The notes beneath the pieces were generated by a model. The model made no database searches and was not told the origin of the DNA. It saw only the letters and a program-made list of their open reading frames with translations. A stretch of DNA of 64,000 bases from Bacteroidales bacterium (lineage in GTDB: Bacteria > Bacteroidota > Bacteroidia > Bacteroidales > GCA-2748055). The translations under genes were made by a program, and so were the position numbers. Shown here piece by piece: positions 9,772 through 19,970 of the stretch (positions within the stretch are counted from its first letter, which is position 1; the number at the start of each line of letters is the position of its first letter). The stretch is taken from the NCBI GenBank assembly GCA_018400695.1, contig JAGYMF010000001.1, forward strand, positions 3,269-67,268, read 5' to 3'.

Positions 9772-12036
9772 ATGGCATTCGATCTGGATCTTATCAAAAC
9801 GTATTACGAAGGCTTATCCACTCAGCTTGAAACCATTAAAAAGAAGCTGGGAAGGCCAATGAGCCTAACAGAGAAAATTCTTTACAGTCATCTTCACCAG
9901 CCGGATGCCATCAACGATTTCGTCAGAGGTGGCGATTATGTAAATTTTTCTCCCGACAGGGTAGCCATGCAGGATGCAACAGCACAGATGGCCCTGCTTC
10001 AGTTCATGCAGGCTGGAAAACCGAAGGTGGCTGTTCCATCAACAGTACATTGCGACCACCTGATACAAGCCAAATCGGGTGCTGCAGACGATCTTAAGTC
10101 AGCCTTGAACAATAACAGCGAAGTTTTCGATTTTCTCTCTAATGTCTCCAACAAGTACGGCATTGGTTTCTGGAAACCCGGTGCGGGAATCATCCACCAG
10201 GTCATCCTTGAAAACTATGCTTTTCCCGGGGGAATGATGATTGGAACGGATTCGCATACCGTCAACGCAGGTGGTCTTGGCATGGTAGCAATCGGTGTGG
10301 GGGGAGCTGACGCAGTGGATGTGATGGCCGGGATGCCGTGGGAACTAAAATTCCCGAAACTGATTGGTGTTAAACTCACAGGCAGGCTAAGTGGCTGGAC
10401 CTCTGCCAAAGATGTGATCCTGAAGGTGGCCGGCTTGCTCACTGTCAAGGGAGGCACAGGAAAGATACTTGAGTATTTTGGTGACGGTGCAGAGAACATC
10501 TCCTGTACAGGTAAGGGCACCATCTGCAATATGGGTGCGGAGATTGGCGCAACCACATCACTTTTTGGCTACGATGAGAGGATGAAGGCTTACCTTGCAG
10601 GCACAGACCGCGAAGATGTAGCTGCTGAAGCGGACAAGGTTGCATCCCACCTCACAGGGGATCCGGAGGTATATGCTCATCCGGAAAAATATTTCGACGA
10701 GGTGATCGAAATCAACCTGGATGAGCTTGAACCCCATATCAACGGCCCCTTCAGTCCTGATAAGGCCTGGCCCATCTCTGAGTTTGCAGCTGCCGTAAAG
10801 GAGAATGGATACCCACGGGAGCTTGAGGTGGGACTGATCGGTTCGTGTACCAACTCTTCCTATGAAGATATTACACGTGCAGCCTCTATCGCCAGACAGG
10901 CAGTTGAAAAAGGGCTAAAGGTAGCCACTGAGTTCACCATTACCCCCGGTTCCGAGCAGGTCAGGTATACCATCGAACGTGACGGTCTGCTGGATGCCTT
11001 CGAGAATATTGGTGGTGTGGTCCTGGCCAATGCCTGTGGCCCCTGTATCGGGCAATGGGCAAGGCACAATGCTGATGAGGGAAAAAAGAATTCCATCATT
11101 ACATCTTTCAACAGAAATTTTGCCAAAAGAAATGACGGAAATCCGAATACCCACGCATTTGTTGCCTCGCCTGAGATCGTAACAGCAATGACCATTGCAG
11201 GCGATCTGACCTTTAACCCACTTACCGATACCCTCACGAACAAAAAAGGAGAGCAGGTCAAATTGGCAGAACCGGCCGGATTGGAACTGCCCGCCCGGGG
11301 GTTCAGTGTAGAAGACAGCGGATACCAGGCGCCCGCTGAAAACGGATCGGATATTGACATCAAAGTAGCGCCCGACTCAAAACGGCTACAACTGCTGGAA
11401 CCCTTTGCCCCTTGGTCGGGTGAAGACCTGACGGGAATGAAATTACTCATCAAGGCAGAAGGAAAATGTACGACCGACCATATCTCCATGGCAGGTCCCT
11501 GGCTTCGGTACCGCGGACATCTGGACAATATTTCAAACAACCTACTGATTGGTGCTGTTAACTATTTCAACAAAAAAACGAATGAGGTCACCAACCAGCT
11601 TTCAGGCGAGACCGGTGAGGTTCCTGCTGTAGCCCGCAGCTATAAAGCAGCCGGTATCAGCACCGTTGTTGTGGGAGACGAAAATTACGGAGAAGGATCT
11701 TCGCGGGAACATGCAGCCATGGAACCACGCCATCTGGGTGTTATGGTTGTTCTGGTAAAATCTTTTGCCCGGATACATGAAACCAACCTGAAGAAGCAGG
11801 GAATGCTGGGATTAACGTTCACCGATAAATCAGACTATGACAAGATAAAAGAGGATGACACCATCAATGTAATTGGGCTGAAAGAATTTGCACCTGCCAA
11901 AAATTTGCTGGTCAGACTGGACCATGCAGACGGGACATCCAATGAATTTGAGGTGAGCCACACATACAATAAAACCCAGATTGAATGGTTCAGGGCAGGA
12001 TCGGCACTGAATCTGATCAGGAAACTGAATAACTGA
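9772..12036 (+). CDS. acnA: Aconitate hydratase (754-aa, mitochondrial-type)
   Basis: Fe-S ligand motifs are present ([24 protein letters not shown]). The length and sequence fit the mitochondrial-like aconitase described in Bacteroides. Confidence 0.95.
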   Translation: MAFDLDLIKTYYEGLSTQLETIKKKLGRPMSLTEKILYSHLHQPDAINDFVRGGDYVNFSPDRVAMQDATAQMALLQFMQAGKPKVAVPSTVHCDHLIQAKSGAADDLKSALNNNSEVFDFLSNVSNKYGIGFWKPGAGIIHQVILENYAFPGGMMIGTDSHTVNAGGLGMVAIGVGGADAVDVMAGMPWELKFPKLIGVKLTGRLSGWTSAKDVILKVAGLLTVKGGTGKILEYFGDGAENISCTGKGTICNMGAEIGATTSLFGYDERMKAYLAGTDREDVAAEADKVASHLTGDPEVYAHPEKYFDEVIEINLDELEPHINGPFSPDKAWPISEFAAAVKENGYPRELEVGLIGSCTNSSYEDITRAASIARQAVEKGLKVATEFTITPGSEQVRYTIERDGLLDAFENIGGVVLANACGPCIGQWARHNADEGKKNSIITSFNRNFAKRNDGNPNTHAFVASPEIVTAMTIAGDLTFNPLTDTLTNKKGEQVKLAEPAGLELPARGFSVEDSGYQAPAENGSDIDIKVAPDSKRLQLLEPFAPWSGEDLTGMKLLIKAEGKCTTDHISMAGPWLRYRGHLDNISNNLLIGAVNYFNKKTNEVTNQLSGETGEVPAVARSYKAAGISTVVVGDENYGEGSSREHAAMEPRHLGVMVVLVKSFARIHETNLKKQGMLGLTFTDKSDYDKIKEDDTINVIGLKEFAPAKNLLVRLDHADGTSNEFEVSHTYNKTQIEWFRAGSALNLIRKLNN

Positions 12037-12052
12037 TAAGACCGGATACAGC

Positions 12053-13126
12053 TTGGAAAAACAGCAAATGATCAACGCCATAGTCGCTGCTGGGAGTTAC
12101 CTGACGCAGCATGCATTAGGGGTACCATCGGAAGATACAGAAACGAAAAAACTGAACAACCGTTTCTACACCACTTTCGAACAGTTCATCTCCGAAGAAC
12201 ATTCCTATAATGGCTGGTTTACTGAAAAATTTGTAAGAACAGCCCTGGGTGCCATCGCAGGTTCACTGGGCAGAAGTGATCTGGAACATTGGTTGAAGAT
12301 GTATCCGGCACTACCAGGAAATAAGGCCCATGCAAAAAGAGTCGGTGTGGTGATGGCTGGCAATATCCCCCTTGTGGGTTTTCACGATATGCTATCCGTG
12401 ATTATGTCAGGAAATATTTTTATCGGAAAAACTTCCTCAAAAGATGACCGCATGTTGAGAAAGGTCGCAGAACTGATCTGTGCCATTGAGCCTGCGTTTG
12501 CCGACAGGATTTACTTTACAGATGGATACCTGAAAAACGTGGATGCCATTATCGCCACGGGCAGTGACAATACATCGCGATATTTTGAGTACTATTTCCG
12601 TGAAAAACCACATATTATCCGCCGGAACAGAAACGGAGTTGCAATCCTTACAGGCAAGGAAACTGAAGATGAGTTATTACAACTCGGTGAGGATATTTTT
12701 ACCTATTTCGGACTGGGCTGCAGAAATGTAACAAAGGTCTATCTTCCGGAAGACTATGATCCCGGCACATTGCTAAAACCCCTGGAAGAATTTACTGAAC
12801 TCCTTGAAAATAACAAGTATTGCAATAACCTGGATTACCATCGCTCTGTCTACCTGATGAACAGTATTCCCTTTCTGGATAATGGTATTCTTCTGTTGAA
12901 AGAGGACCGGGATATTAGCAGTCCTCCAGGAGTTGTATATTATGAAAAATATTCGCAACTTGATAAAGTTATCGAAGATTTGACTGTGCAAGATCACCAT
13001 ATTCAGTGTATTGTCACATCGATAAATGGAATAAAAAACACCATACCACCCGGAACCAGCCAGTCACCTTTATTATGGGATTATGCGGACGGAGTCGATA
13101 CAATGGATTTTTTACAGAACCTCTAA
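12053..13126 (+). CDS. LuxC-like acyl-CoA reductase family protein
   Basis: 357 aa. MAGNIPLVGFHD and GLGCRNV motifs fit the Bacteroidota acyl-CoA reductase (LuxC) family as I recall it. The ORF-track start is TTG at 12053 and the alternative is ATG at 12068. Confidence 0.6.
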   Translation: MEKQQMINAIVAAGSYLTQHALGVPSEDTETKKLNNRFYTTFEQFISEEHSYNGWFTEKFVRTALGAIAGSLGRSDLEHWLKMYPALPGNKAHAKRVGVVMAGNIPLVGFHDMLSVIMSGNIFIGKTSSKDDRMLRKVAELICAIEPAFADRIYFTDGYLKNVDAIIATGSDNTSRYFEYYFREKPHIIRRNRNGVAILTGKETEDELLQLGEDIFTYFGLGCRNVTKVYLPEDYDPGTLLKPLEEFTELLENNKYCNNLDYHRSVYLMNSIPFLDNGILLLKEDRDISSPPGVVYYEKYSQLDKVIEDLTVQDHHIQCIVTSINGIKNTIPPGTSQSPLLWDYADGVDTMDFLQNL

Positions 13127-13132
13127 TGGCGT

Positions 13133-13669
13133 ATGATTTATAAGTTCAGGATCATATCGAATGAGAACAGGGAATTTGCCCGGGAGATGCTTATCAGCAG
13201 CAAACAGACATTTCTTGATTTTCACCAGTGTTTGCAGGAAAACCTCGGGTACGATCCCAATCAGCTGGCTTCCTTCTTTATTACCAACACGGCCTGGGAA
13301 AAAGAGCTTCAGATCACACTGATCGATATGATGGACGATGAGAGTGACAACTGCACTACAATGGAGAAGGCTGTCATGGAAGCGCATCGGTCAGAAAAAG
13401 GTGACCGCATGCTCTATGTTTTTGATTTCTTTTCCGAACGCTCATTCTTTATAGAGCTTACAGATATTCTAAACCTCTCTGAATATAAACAACTTCCTAA
13501 AATTGTTTTTGAAGACGGCGACCCACCGCAGCAGATCAGCCTCTCTATGGATGATGATATCTCCCTGCTTAATGAAGAGCTGGATAATGACCTTTTAAAT
13601 GGCTTTTCAGATGATGATCTGACCGGGGGATTTGATTTCATTGATTCTGAAGAACTTCCGGATGAATAG
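13133..13669 (+). CDS. Hypothetical protein with a strongly acidic C-terminal tail
   Basis: 178 aa, MIYKFRIISNENREF..., with a D/E-rich C-terminus. It may be pRiA4b-ORF3/MM3350-like, but I cannot verify that. Confidence 0.5.
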   Translation: MIYKFRIISNENREFAREMLISSKQTFLDFHQCLQENLGYDPNQLASFFITNTAWEKELQITLIDMMDDESDNCTTMEKAVMEAHRSEKGDRMLYVFDFFSERSFFIELTDILNLSEYKQLPKIVFEDGDPPQQISLSMDDDISLLNEELDNDLLNGFSDDDLTGGFDFIDSEELPDE

Positions 13670-14573
13670 AACACTTGTGGTGATTGGAGGTCCCACAGCA
13701 GTTGGCAAGACTACCGTAGCCATTGCTTTGGCAAAAAGGTACAATACCGAGATTATTTCAGCCGATTCAAGACAGATCTACAAGGAGACTGTCATCGGAA
13801 CAGCAGTGCCTTCACCAGAAGAGCTGCTTGCCGTGCCTCATCATTTTATTCAGACCGTCAACCTGAGCGATTACTACAATGCCAGCATGTATGAGTTGGA
13901 TGCCCTTGAAAAAATAGAGCGTCTTTTCAGAAAACATGAGGTCGTCATCATGACCGGCGGTTCGGGATTATACATTAATGCAGTCTGCTTTGGCATCGAC
14001 GAACTCCCCACGATCGATCAGGAGATCAGGAGCAGGCTCGCCGCTCAGTTCAGAGACCGCGGACTGAAAAGCCTACAGGATGATTTGAAAAAAGCTGACC
14101 CTGTCACCTTTGAGCGGGTCGACCTTAATAACCACTTCAGAATACTAAAAGCACTTGAAGTTACGATACAGACAGGCATACCGTACTCATCGTTCCTGAC
14201 ACATAAGCGTAAAGAAAGAGATTTCAGGATTATCAGGCTTGCACTGGACATGAACAGGGACACACTTTACCACAGGATCAACAGCCGTGTGGATTCCATG
14301 ATCGGCTCCGGGTTAATCGACGAGGTGAAATCATTGGAAGAGTTCAGAGAAAAAAATGCCATGAAAACAGTTGGCTACAGGGAGTTGTTCAGCTACCTTG
14401 ATGGCCGGATTTCCCTTGAGCAGGCTGTGGACCTCATCAAAAGGAATACCAGGAAATATGCAAGAAAGCAGCTGACCTGGTTCAGGAAGGACAATCTCTA
14501 TCCATGGTTTCACCCTGCTGAGATGGAACGCATAGAAACTTACATTAAAACGCAATTAAAACGTTCAGTGTAA
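13662..14573 (+). CDS. miaA: tRNA dimethylallyltransferase
   Basis: P-loop GPTAVGKT and the SADSRQIYKE motif are present. I use the ATG at 13662 (MNRTLVVIGGPT), which overlaps the upstream stop by 8 nt. The ORF-track start at 13632 is less likely. Confidence 0.9.
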   Translation: MNRTLVVIGGPTAVGKTTVAIALAKRYNTEIISADSRQIYKETVIGTAVPSPEELLAVPHHFIQTVNLSDYYNASMYELDALEKIERLFRKHEVVIMTGGSGLYINAVCFGIDELPTIDQEIRSRLAAQFRDRGLKSLQDDLKKADPVTFERVDLNNHFRILKALEVTIQTGIPYSSFLTHKRKERDFRIIRLALDMNRDTLYHRINSRVDSMIGSGLIDEVKSLEEFREKNAMKTVGYRELFSYLDGRISLEQAVDLIKRNTRKYARKQLTWFRKDNLYPWFHPAEMERIETYIKTQLKRSV

Positions 14574-14581
14574 CTAAAAAG

Positions 14582-15532
14582 TCAGCACTGCTCTTCCACC
14601 TGGTAATGGTTACGATCTGTCGCTGTCCGGGAGACCAGTTCTCCTAAAAACCCCCCAATAAATAGTTGGGAACCAATGATCATACAAGTCAATGCAATAT
14701 AGAAAAGTACATTATCGGCCACGAGGCTGTCATATTGATGATGCCGCAGGGCATACAGTTTTTGTAAAGCAATGATCAGCAGCGCTGCAAAACCCAGAAA
14801 AAACATCAGCGTACCGATGAGACCGAACAGATGCATCGGTTTCTTGCTGAATCGTGTAACAAAGCTCACAGATAAGAGGTCAAGAAAGCCATTGATAAAA
14901 CGTTCCATTCCGAATTTAGTTACCCCGTATTTCCGTTCCTGGTGTTGTACCACCTTCTCCCCTATTTTCCGGAACCCACTGCTTTTTGCAAGCACCGGGA
15001 TATAGCGGTGCATCTCGCCATATACCTCAATCCCTTTGATCACTGCATTACGATAGGCCTTCAGCCCGCAATTAAAATCATGCAACCGGATACCACTAAC
15101 CAACCGCGCTGCCCAATTGAACAGTTTGCTTGGCAGGTTTTTGGAAAAAAGGGGGTCATAGCGTTTCTTCTTCCACCCCGATACCAGGTCATACCCATCT
15201 TCCATGATCATCCGGCGCATCTCGGGGATTTCCTCCGGATTATCCTGTAAATCAGCATCCATTGTGATCACCACATCTCCTTCGGCCATCTGAAAACCCA
15301 CTTGTAATGCAGCAGATTTGCCATAATTTCGTCTGAATTTTATCCCCCTTACAGCATGATTGCGATGTTTCAGTTCCAGGATCTTGTCCCAGGAGCCATC
15401 GCTGCTTCCGTCGTCAATCATGATCAGTTCATAGGTAAGTGAATGATCTGTCATCACCTTGTGAATCCAGTCATTCAGTTCGTCAAGAGATTCGACTTCA
15501 TTCAGGAGAGGAATTACGAGAGAAATATCCAT
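14582..15532 (-). CDS. Family-2 glycosyltransferase, GtrB/ArnC-like polyprenyl-phosphate glycosyltransferase
   Basis: VIPLLNE...DDGSSDGS...DADLQD motifs plus two C-terminal TM helices. The ATG at 15532 is preferred over the TTG at 15538. Confidence 0.85.
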   Translation of the reverse strand: MDISLVIPLLNEVESLDELNDWIHKVMTDHSLTYELIMIDDGSSDGSWDKILELKHRNHAVRGIKFRRNYGKSAALQVGFQMAEGDVVITMDADLQDNPEEIPEMRRMIMEDGYDLVSGWKKKRYDPLFSKNLPSKLFNWAARLVSGIRLHDFNCGLKAYRNAVIKGIEVYGEMHRYIPVLAKSSGFRKIGEKVVQHQERKYGVTKFGMERFINGFLDLLSVSFVTRFSKKPMHLFGLIGTLMFFLGFAALLIIALQKLYALRHHQYDSLVADNVLFYIALTCMIIGSQLFIGGFLGELVSRTATDRNHYQVEEQC

Positions 15533-15538
15533 TATCAA

Positions 15539-16126
15539 TTAGATTTGCTGAGGCTCCCTGATTTTTCTTCTTAGAAAAATACCACCCACAAGGCCAATCA
15601 GCAGAGAAGCAAATATGAAGGAGGTAAACGACTGCACCGCAAATTTTACCGGCGAAGATTTCATGATCCTCTCCATGGCTTTTTTACGTGACGCTTCCAT
15701 GGTATTCTCAAAAGATTCGTACTGGTCATCCGACAATTTTTCCTGGTACTTCGCATCAGTCTTTGCCAATCTTTCATCCATCTTTTCAATGGCATAATAC
15801 TTTGTGTCCTGCAGATAACTTTCGTCAGCACTGTAGACTGAAAAAGTATAGATACTTGTAAGCAATCCGGCTACCAGGCCAATCATCAGACTCATCCCCA
15901 CAACACGTCCGTAACTGAGGACCTCCCTGGCATATTCAGAACGGTAGAGCACCAGGGTCAACAGGATCAAACCGTAGCTCACCACTGATCCGAGAATAAG
16001 TGCCCATTTTTCGAACGACTGATCAATAAAATACAGGAGCAAACTAACCACGATCGTTGCGAGTCCAACAATCGCCCCGTATACGAGGGCAGGTTTCATA
16101 ACAGGAACCTTTTCTTGATTTTCCAT
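15539..16126 (-). CDS. DUF4199-like membrane protein
   Basis: 195 aa with 4 predicted TM helices and a charged central loop. Its position upstream of the GT2 gene is common in Bacteroidota, as I recall. Confidence 0.65.
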   Translation of the reverse strand: MENQEKVPVMKPALVYGAIVGLATIVVSLLLYFIDQSFEKWALILGSVVSYGLILLTLVLYRSEYAREVLSYGRVVGMSLMIGLVAGLLTSIYTFSVYSADESYLQDTKYYAIEKMDERLAKTDAKYQEKLSDDQYESFENTMEASRKKAMERIMKSSPVKFAVQSFTSFIFASLLIGLVGGIFLRRKIREPQQI

Positions 16127-16198
16127 TGTATTAAATTTTTAAATGAGAGGAACGAAGGCATGAATTTAAGGAAAATGTACGAAATGCAAAAAAAAAAT

Positions 16199-16295
16199 GG
16201 GCAAGCTACTTATATCGCACCGCTACAACCGTCTACCCTTGCTACCTTCCGGTCCTGGGGGAGTTCAACAGGAGCTGGCCGTATAAGACTTGCCC
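16199..16295 (-). ncRNA. ffs: Signal recognition particle RNA (small/4.5S type)
   Basis: The minus strand reads GGGCAAGUCUUAUACGGCCAGCUCCUGUUGAACUCCCCCAGGACCGGAAGGUAGCAAGGGUAGACGGUUGUAGCGGUGCGAUAUAAGUAGCUUGCCC. The ends pair (GGGCAAG/CUUGCCC). The core CAGGACCGGAAGGUAGCAAGG matches the conserved helix-8 GGAA tetraloop region of 4.5S RNA (E. coli CAGGUCCGGAAGGAAGCAGCC). A TATCTTTG -7 box sits 6 nt upstream and a U10 tract follows the 3' end. Confidence 0.85.
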
Positions 16296-16301
16296 AAGTC
16301 A

Positions 16302-16309
16302 CAAAGATA
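16302..16309 (-). promoter_or_regulatory. -7 promoter box (TATCTTTG) for ffs
   Basis: Matches TAnnTTTG on the minus strand, 6 nt upstream of the first paired G of the SRP RNA. Confidence 0.55.
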
Positions 16310-16439
16310 CGAAAACTACAACATATTTCAAGTAAAAACTACCGCTACATGGTATTATTTCGTGATTGACTGTACACCCTGACCCTGCGCAGATGCACAT
16401 CTGCACGCCAATACAACTATTCAGTTCATCAATAGTGTG

Positions 16440-17486
16440 TTACACATTCTCCGGTCGTAGTTTTCTCACCACGGCACCGGTGCGCCACATCTCGGAATCT
16501 CTCAGCTCTTTCAGCTCTCCGTCCAGCTTCACACGGTAATCTGGCTGACTATTGGAATCGATGGACACCTGTGCTTCTTCGCCTGACTTCACCCGGTCGT
16601 AGAGCTCTGAAAAAACAGGCTGCACAGCATCCCTGAACTTTTTCCACCAATCGAGTGCCCCTCTCTGGGCAGTCGTAGAGCAGTTGGCATACATCCAGTC
16701 CATACCATTCTCAGCAACCAGTGGCATCAGGCTTTGGGTGAGCTCCTCCACGGTCTCATTAAAAGCTTCTGAAGGGGTATGACCATTTTCCCTGAGCACA
16801 TTATACTGTGCGGCGAAAATTCCCTGGATAGCGCCCATAAGTGTACCTCTTTCACCGGTAAGATCAGAAAAGACTTCCCGTTGGAAATCAGTTTCAAACA
16901 GATAACCGGAGCCAACTGCGATACCCAGCGCAACAACCCTGTCATGCGCTTTGCCAGTTGCATCCTGGAAGATGGCATAGCTGGAATTCAGTCCGCGTCC
17001 TTCAACAAAGAGTCTGCGCAGGCTTGTACCGGACCCTTTTGGCGCAATAAGGATCACATCCACATCATCCGGCGGTACGATCCCTGTTCGTTCTTTATAG
17101 GTAATCCCAAAACCATGTGAAAAGTATAGTGCCTTACCGGCGGTAAGGTGCTTTTTCACTGCAGGCCATAAGGTGATCTGCCCGGCATCGGAGAGCAGAT
17201 ACTGGATAATACTCGCCTTTTCGCATGCATCTTCGATCTCAAAAAGATCTTTCCCCTCAACCCAGCCATCTTTGACAGCCTTCTCCCAGGAGGCGGAATT
17301 CTTACGCTGACCAATGATAACATTGATCCCATTGTCCTTCAGGTTAAGTGACTGTCCAGGACCCTGGACACCGTAGCCGATCACAGCGACCGTCTCGTTC
17401 TTAAGCACTTCCTGTGCTTTTGATAGTGGAAATTCTTCTCGTGTTACGACATTTTCTTCAACGCCGCCAAAATTTATTACAGCCAT
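16440..17486 (-). CDS. ilvC: Ketol-acid reductoisomerase (class I)
   Basis: 348 aa with the GYGVQGPGQSLNLKDNG Rossmann motif. It is the last gene of the ilv operon. Confidence 0.95.
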   Translation of the reverse strand: MAVINFGGVEENVVTREEFPLSKAQEVLKNETVAVIGYGVQGPGQSLNLKDNGINVIIGQRKNSASWEKAVKDGWVEGKDLFEIEDACEKASIIQYLLSDAGQITLWPAVKKHLTAGKALYFSHGFGITYKERTGIVPPDDVDVILIAPKGSGTSLRRLFVEGRGLNSSYAIFQDATGKAHDRVVALGIAVGSGYLFETDFQREVFSDLTGERGTLMGAIQGIFAAQYNVLRENGHTPSEAFNETVEELTQSLMPLVAENGMDWMYANCSTTAQRGALDWWKKFRDAVQPVFSELYDRVKSGEEAQVSIDSNSQPDYRVKLDGELKELRDSEMWRTGAVVRKLRPENV

Positions 17487-17519
17487 TTTTAACGTTTTAA
17501 TGCAGGTTATTAATTGTCA

Positions 17520-18080
17520 TCAATTATATGTTAATACTTCATCTTCAGATTCCTTATAATACTGTTCCAGGTCCTTCAGGTAGGAGGTGATCTCCCGGAT
17601 CTGCTTGGTAAGGGCAACCCGTCCTGACCTCGTGAACTGGAGAATTCCAAAAGGCTCCAGCTCCCTGAAAAGCTGTTGTGTATCCTCCTTGTGACCGGTT
17701 TTTTCTACCACGGTATATTCCGGTTCAATGGTAAGTATCCTGGCGTTGTACTTCCTGATCAGGCTCTCCACATCGTCACCGTCAGCAAATGCTTTGGTAG
17801 GCACTTTATACAGTGCGATCTCCTGGTACACAATCTCATCCTCGGTATGATAAAAGGCCTTCAGGATGCCAATCTGCTTCTCGATCTGCCTGGTTACTGT
17901 CTGTACCATTGCCTCGGTTGTATTTACAACGATGGTAAAACGGTAGATTCCGCGAACTTCCGATTCAGAGGTGTTAAGACTGGCAATGCTGAGGTGGCGC
18001 CGTGTAAAGATCACCGTGATCCTGTGCAGCAGACCGATCTTGTTCTCGGTAAATATTGTAATGGTATATTCCTTGTTCAT
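17520..18080 (-). CDS. ilvN: Acetolactate synthase small (regulatory) subunit
   Basis: ACT domain starting YTITIFTENKIGLLHRITVIFTRR. The ATG at 18080 (MNKEY...) is preferred over the ORF-track start at 18116. Confidence 0.9.
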   Translation of the reverse strand: MNKEYTITIFTENKIGLLHRITVIFTRRHLSIASLNTSESEVRGIYRFTIVVNTTEAMVQTVTRQIEKQIGILKAFYHTEDEIVYQEIALYKVPTKAFADGDDVESLIRKYNARILTIEPEYTVVEKTGHKEDTQQLFRELEPFGILQFTRSGRVALTKQIREITSYLKDLEQYYKESEDEVLTYN

Positions 18081-18174
18081 CGCTTTTTTTATTTGAGAAC
18101 TTCCCGTAAATATCATTTCCTTAATTGGAAACAGGATTTTGCAGGAAGCTCCCGGTTCAACTTATTGCATTATT

Positions 18175-19908
18175 TCAGTCAAGTCGCATTTCAGAAACTG
18201 TGCCACCGGCCGGAATCATAGGGAAAATATTTCCCTCTTTCTCAACTTTCACCTCCAGCACAAAGGGACCTTCAAGCACCATCAATGCCTGGAGCTCTTC
18301 TTTCAGACGGTTGCGATCAAACAACTGTTTTCCCGGCACACCAAATCCCTCGGCAATTTTCAGGAAATCCGGATTGACCAGTTCAGTATTGGCGTACCTG
18401 CTCTCAAAGAAAAGCTCCTGCCACTGCCGCACCATTCCGAGGAAATTATTATTCATCAAGATAATCTTAACCGGCAGTTGGTACTGGGCAATCGTTCCAA
18501 GCTCCTGCAGGGTCATTTGAAATCCGCCGTCACCAACGATGACAAAGACAGGTCTTTCCGGTTCTGCCAGTGCAACACCCATTCCCGCCGGAATTCCAAA
18601 TCCCATGGTCCCCAGTCCTCCGGAAGTGATCCACGAATTCTGTTTCCTGTAATTGTAATACCTGGCTGTAGCCATCTGATGCTGTCCCACATCAGAAACA
18701 ATGATTGCTTCTCCATTGGTAATTTCCGACAATGTATTTACCACTTCACCCATCCGCATCTTATCATCCTTGGGGTGGATATCCCTGCTGATTACCTTTT
18801 CAAACTCTGTCTTATGAAGCTCGCCGAATGTTGCCAGCCATTCTGCGTGTGAATTCGGCTTCACCATTGGTATCAGCAACTCAAGTGCCTGCCTCGCATC
18901 GGCATTAATTGCCACATCTGTTTTTACATTTTTATCAATTTCCGACGGATCAATCTCAATATGGATCACCTTCGCCTGTTTGGCATAGGTAGCCAGGTTA
19001 CCGGTCACCCTGTCGTCGAAACGCATCCCAATAGCGATCAGCAGGTCACATTGGTTGGTATTCACATTGGGGGCATAGTTTCCGTGCATCCCAAGCATAC
19101 CGGTATAGAGAGAATGGTTACCCGGGAAGGAAGAGAGTCCCAGCAATGTGCTTGCAACAGGCAGTCCTGCCTTCTCAACGAAAGTCCTGAATTCATCCTC
19201 CGCACCTGAGATGGCAACACCCTGGCCCAGCAGTACCAGCGGACGTTCACAGGTATTGATCAGCTCAGCAGCTGCTTCAATGGAGTTGATCGCAGGTTTA
19301 GGTCTGGGAACATAACTGCTCACGGCTGTCAGCTGTTCATAGGCATACTCCATCTCTTCCATCTGTGCATTTTTTGCAATATCAAGCAATACCGGGCCAG
19401 GCCGACCGGAATTTGCGATAAAGAAAGCTTTTGCAATCGCTTCAGGAATCTCATCTGCTGAGGTGACCTGGTAGTTCCACTTGGTAATTGGCATAGAGAC
19501 ACTTACCACGTCTGTTTCCTGAAAAGCATCGGTTCCCAGGAGGCCGGCAGCTACCTGTCCTGTGATACAAACCAGCGGCGTAGAATCCAGCATGGCATCG
19601 GCCAGTCCGGTTACAAGGTTCGTTGCGCCAGGACCTGAAGTTGTAAAACAGACGCCAGGTTTGCGTTTAATACGGGCATATCCCTGTGCTGCGTGGATGG
19701 CACCCTGCTCATGACGCACCATAACATGTTTGATCCTGTCCTGATAATTATACATCGCATCGTATACCGGCATAATGGCACCTCCGATATAACCAAAGAC
19801 GGTTTCCACATCCTCCGCGAGCAGTGAACGCAGCAGTGCTTCCGCACCGGTAATCTTTGTTACAACCTCGTTTCCGTTTGCACGTGTGGTTTTTGTTTTT
19901 GTTTCCAT
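18175..19908 (-). CDS. ilvB: Biosynthetic acetolactate synthase large subunit
   Basis: 577 aa with ThDP-binding motifs (GGLGTMGFGIPAGMG, VGDGGFQM) and an N-terminal GAEALLRSL...GYIGGAI region. Confidence 0.95.
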   Translation of the reverse strand: METKTKTTRANGNEVVTKITGAEALLRSLLAEDVETVFGYIGGAIMPVYDAMYNYQDRIKHVMVRHEQGAIHAAQGYARIKRKPGVCFTTSGPGATNLVTGLADAMLDSTPLVCITGQVAAGLLGTDAFQETDVVSVSMPITKWNYQVTSADEIPEAIAKAFFIANSGRPGPVLLDIAKNAQMEEMEYAYEQLTAVSSYVPRPKPAINSIEAAAELINTCERPLVLLGQGVAISGAEDEFRTFVEKAGLPVASTLLGLSSFPGNHSLYTGMLGMHGNYAPNVNTNQCDLLIAIGMRFDDRVTGNLATYAKQAKVIHIEIDPSEIDKNVKTDVAINADARQALELLIPMVKPNSHAEWLATFGELHKTEFEKVISRDIHPKDDKMRMGEVVNTLSEITNGEAIIVSDVGQHQMATARYYNYRKQNSWITSGGLGTMGFGIPAGMGVALAEPERPVFVIVGDGGFQMTLQELGTIAQYQLPVKIILMNNNFLGMVRQWQELFFESRYANTELVNPDFLKIAEGFGVPGKQLFDRNRLKEELQALMVLEGPFVLEVKVEKEGNIFPMIPAGGTVSEMRLD

Positions 19909-19970
19909 TGCCTTTTATTTTAGAATTAAGTTAAAACTTTATAGCGTATAGCAGTTTAAGGGTATAGCGA

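Noticed and set aside
16115-16369. 84-aa plus-strand ORF in the DUF4199-ilvC gap
   Set aside because: The region is better explained by the minus-strand SRP RNA with its own promoter box and U-tract.
16389-16404. Palindrome gcagatgcacatctgc just downstream of ilvC, considered as a possible terminator
   Set aside because: It has a short stem with a minimal loop and no following U-tract on the minus strand. I cannot support it as an intrinsic terminator.
18139-18852. 237-aa plus-strand ORF overlapping ilvB, with a similar one at 10860-11540 inside aconitase
   Set aside because: These are shadow ORFs opposite conserved enzymes. Their products are His/Arg/Ser-rich and non-protein-like.
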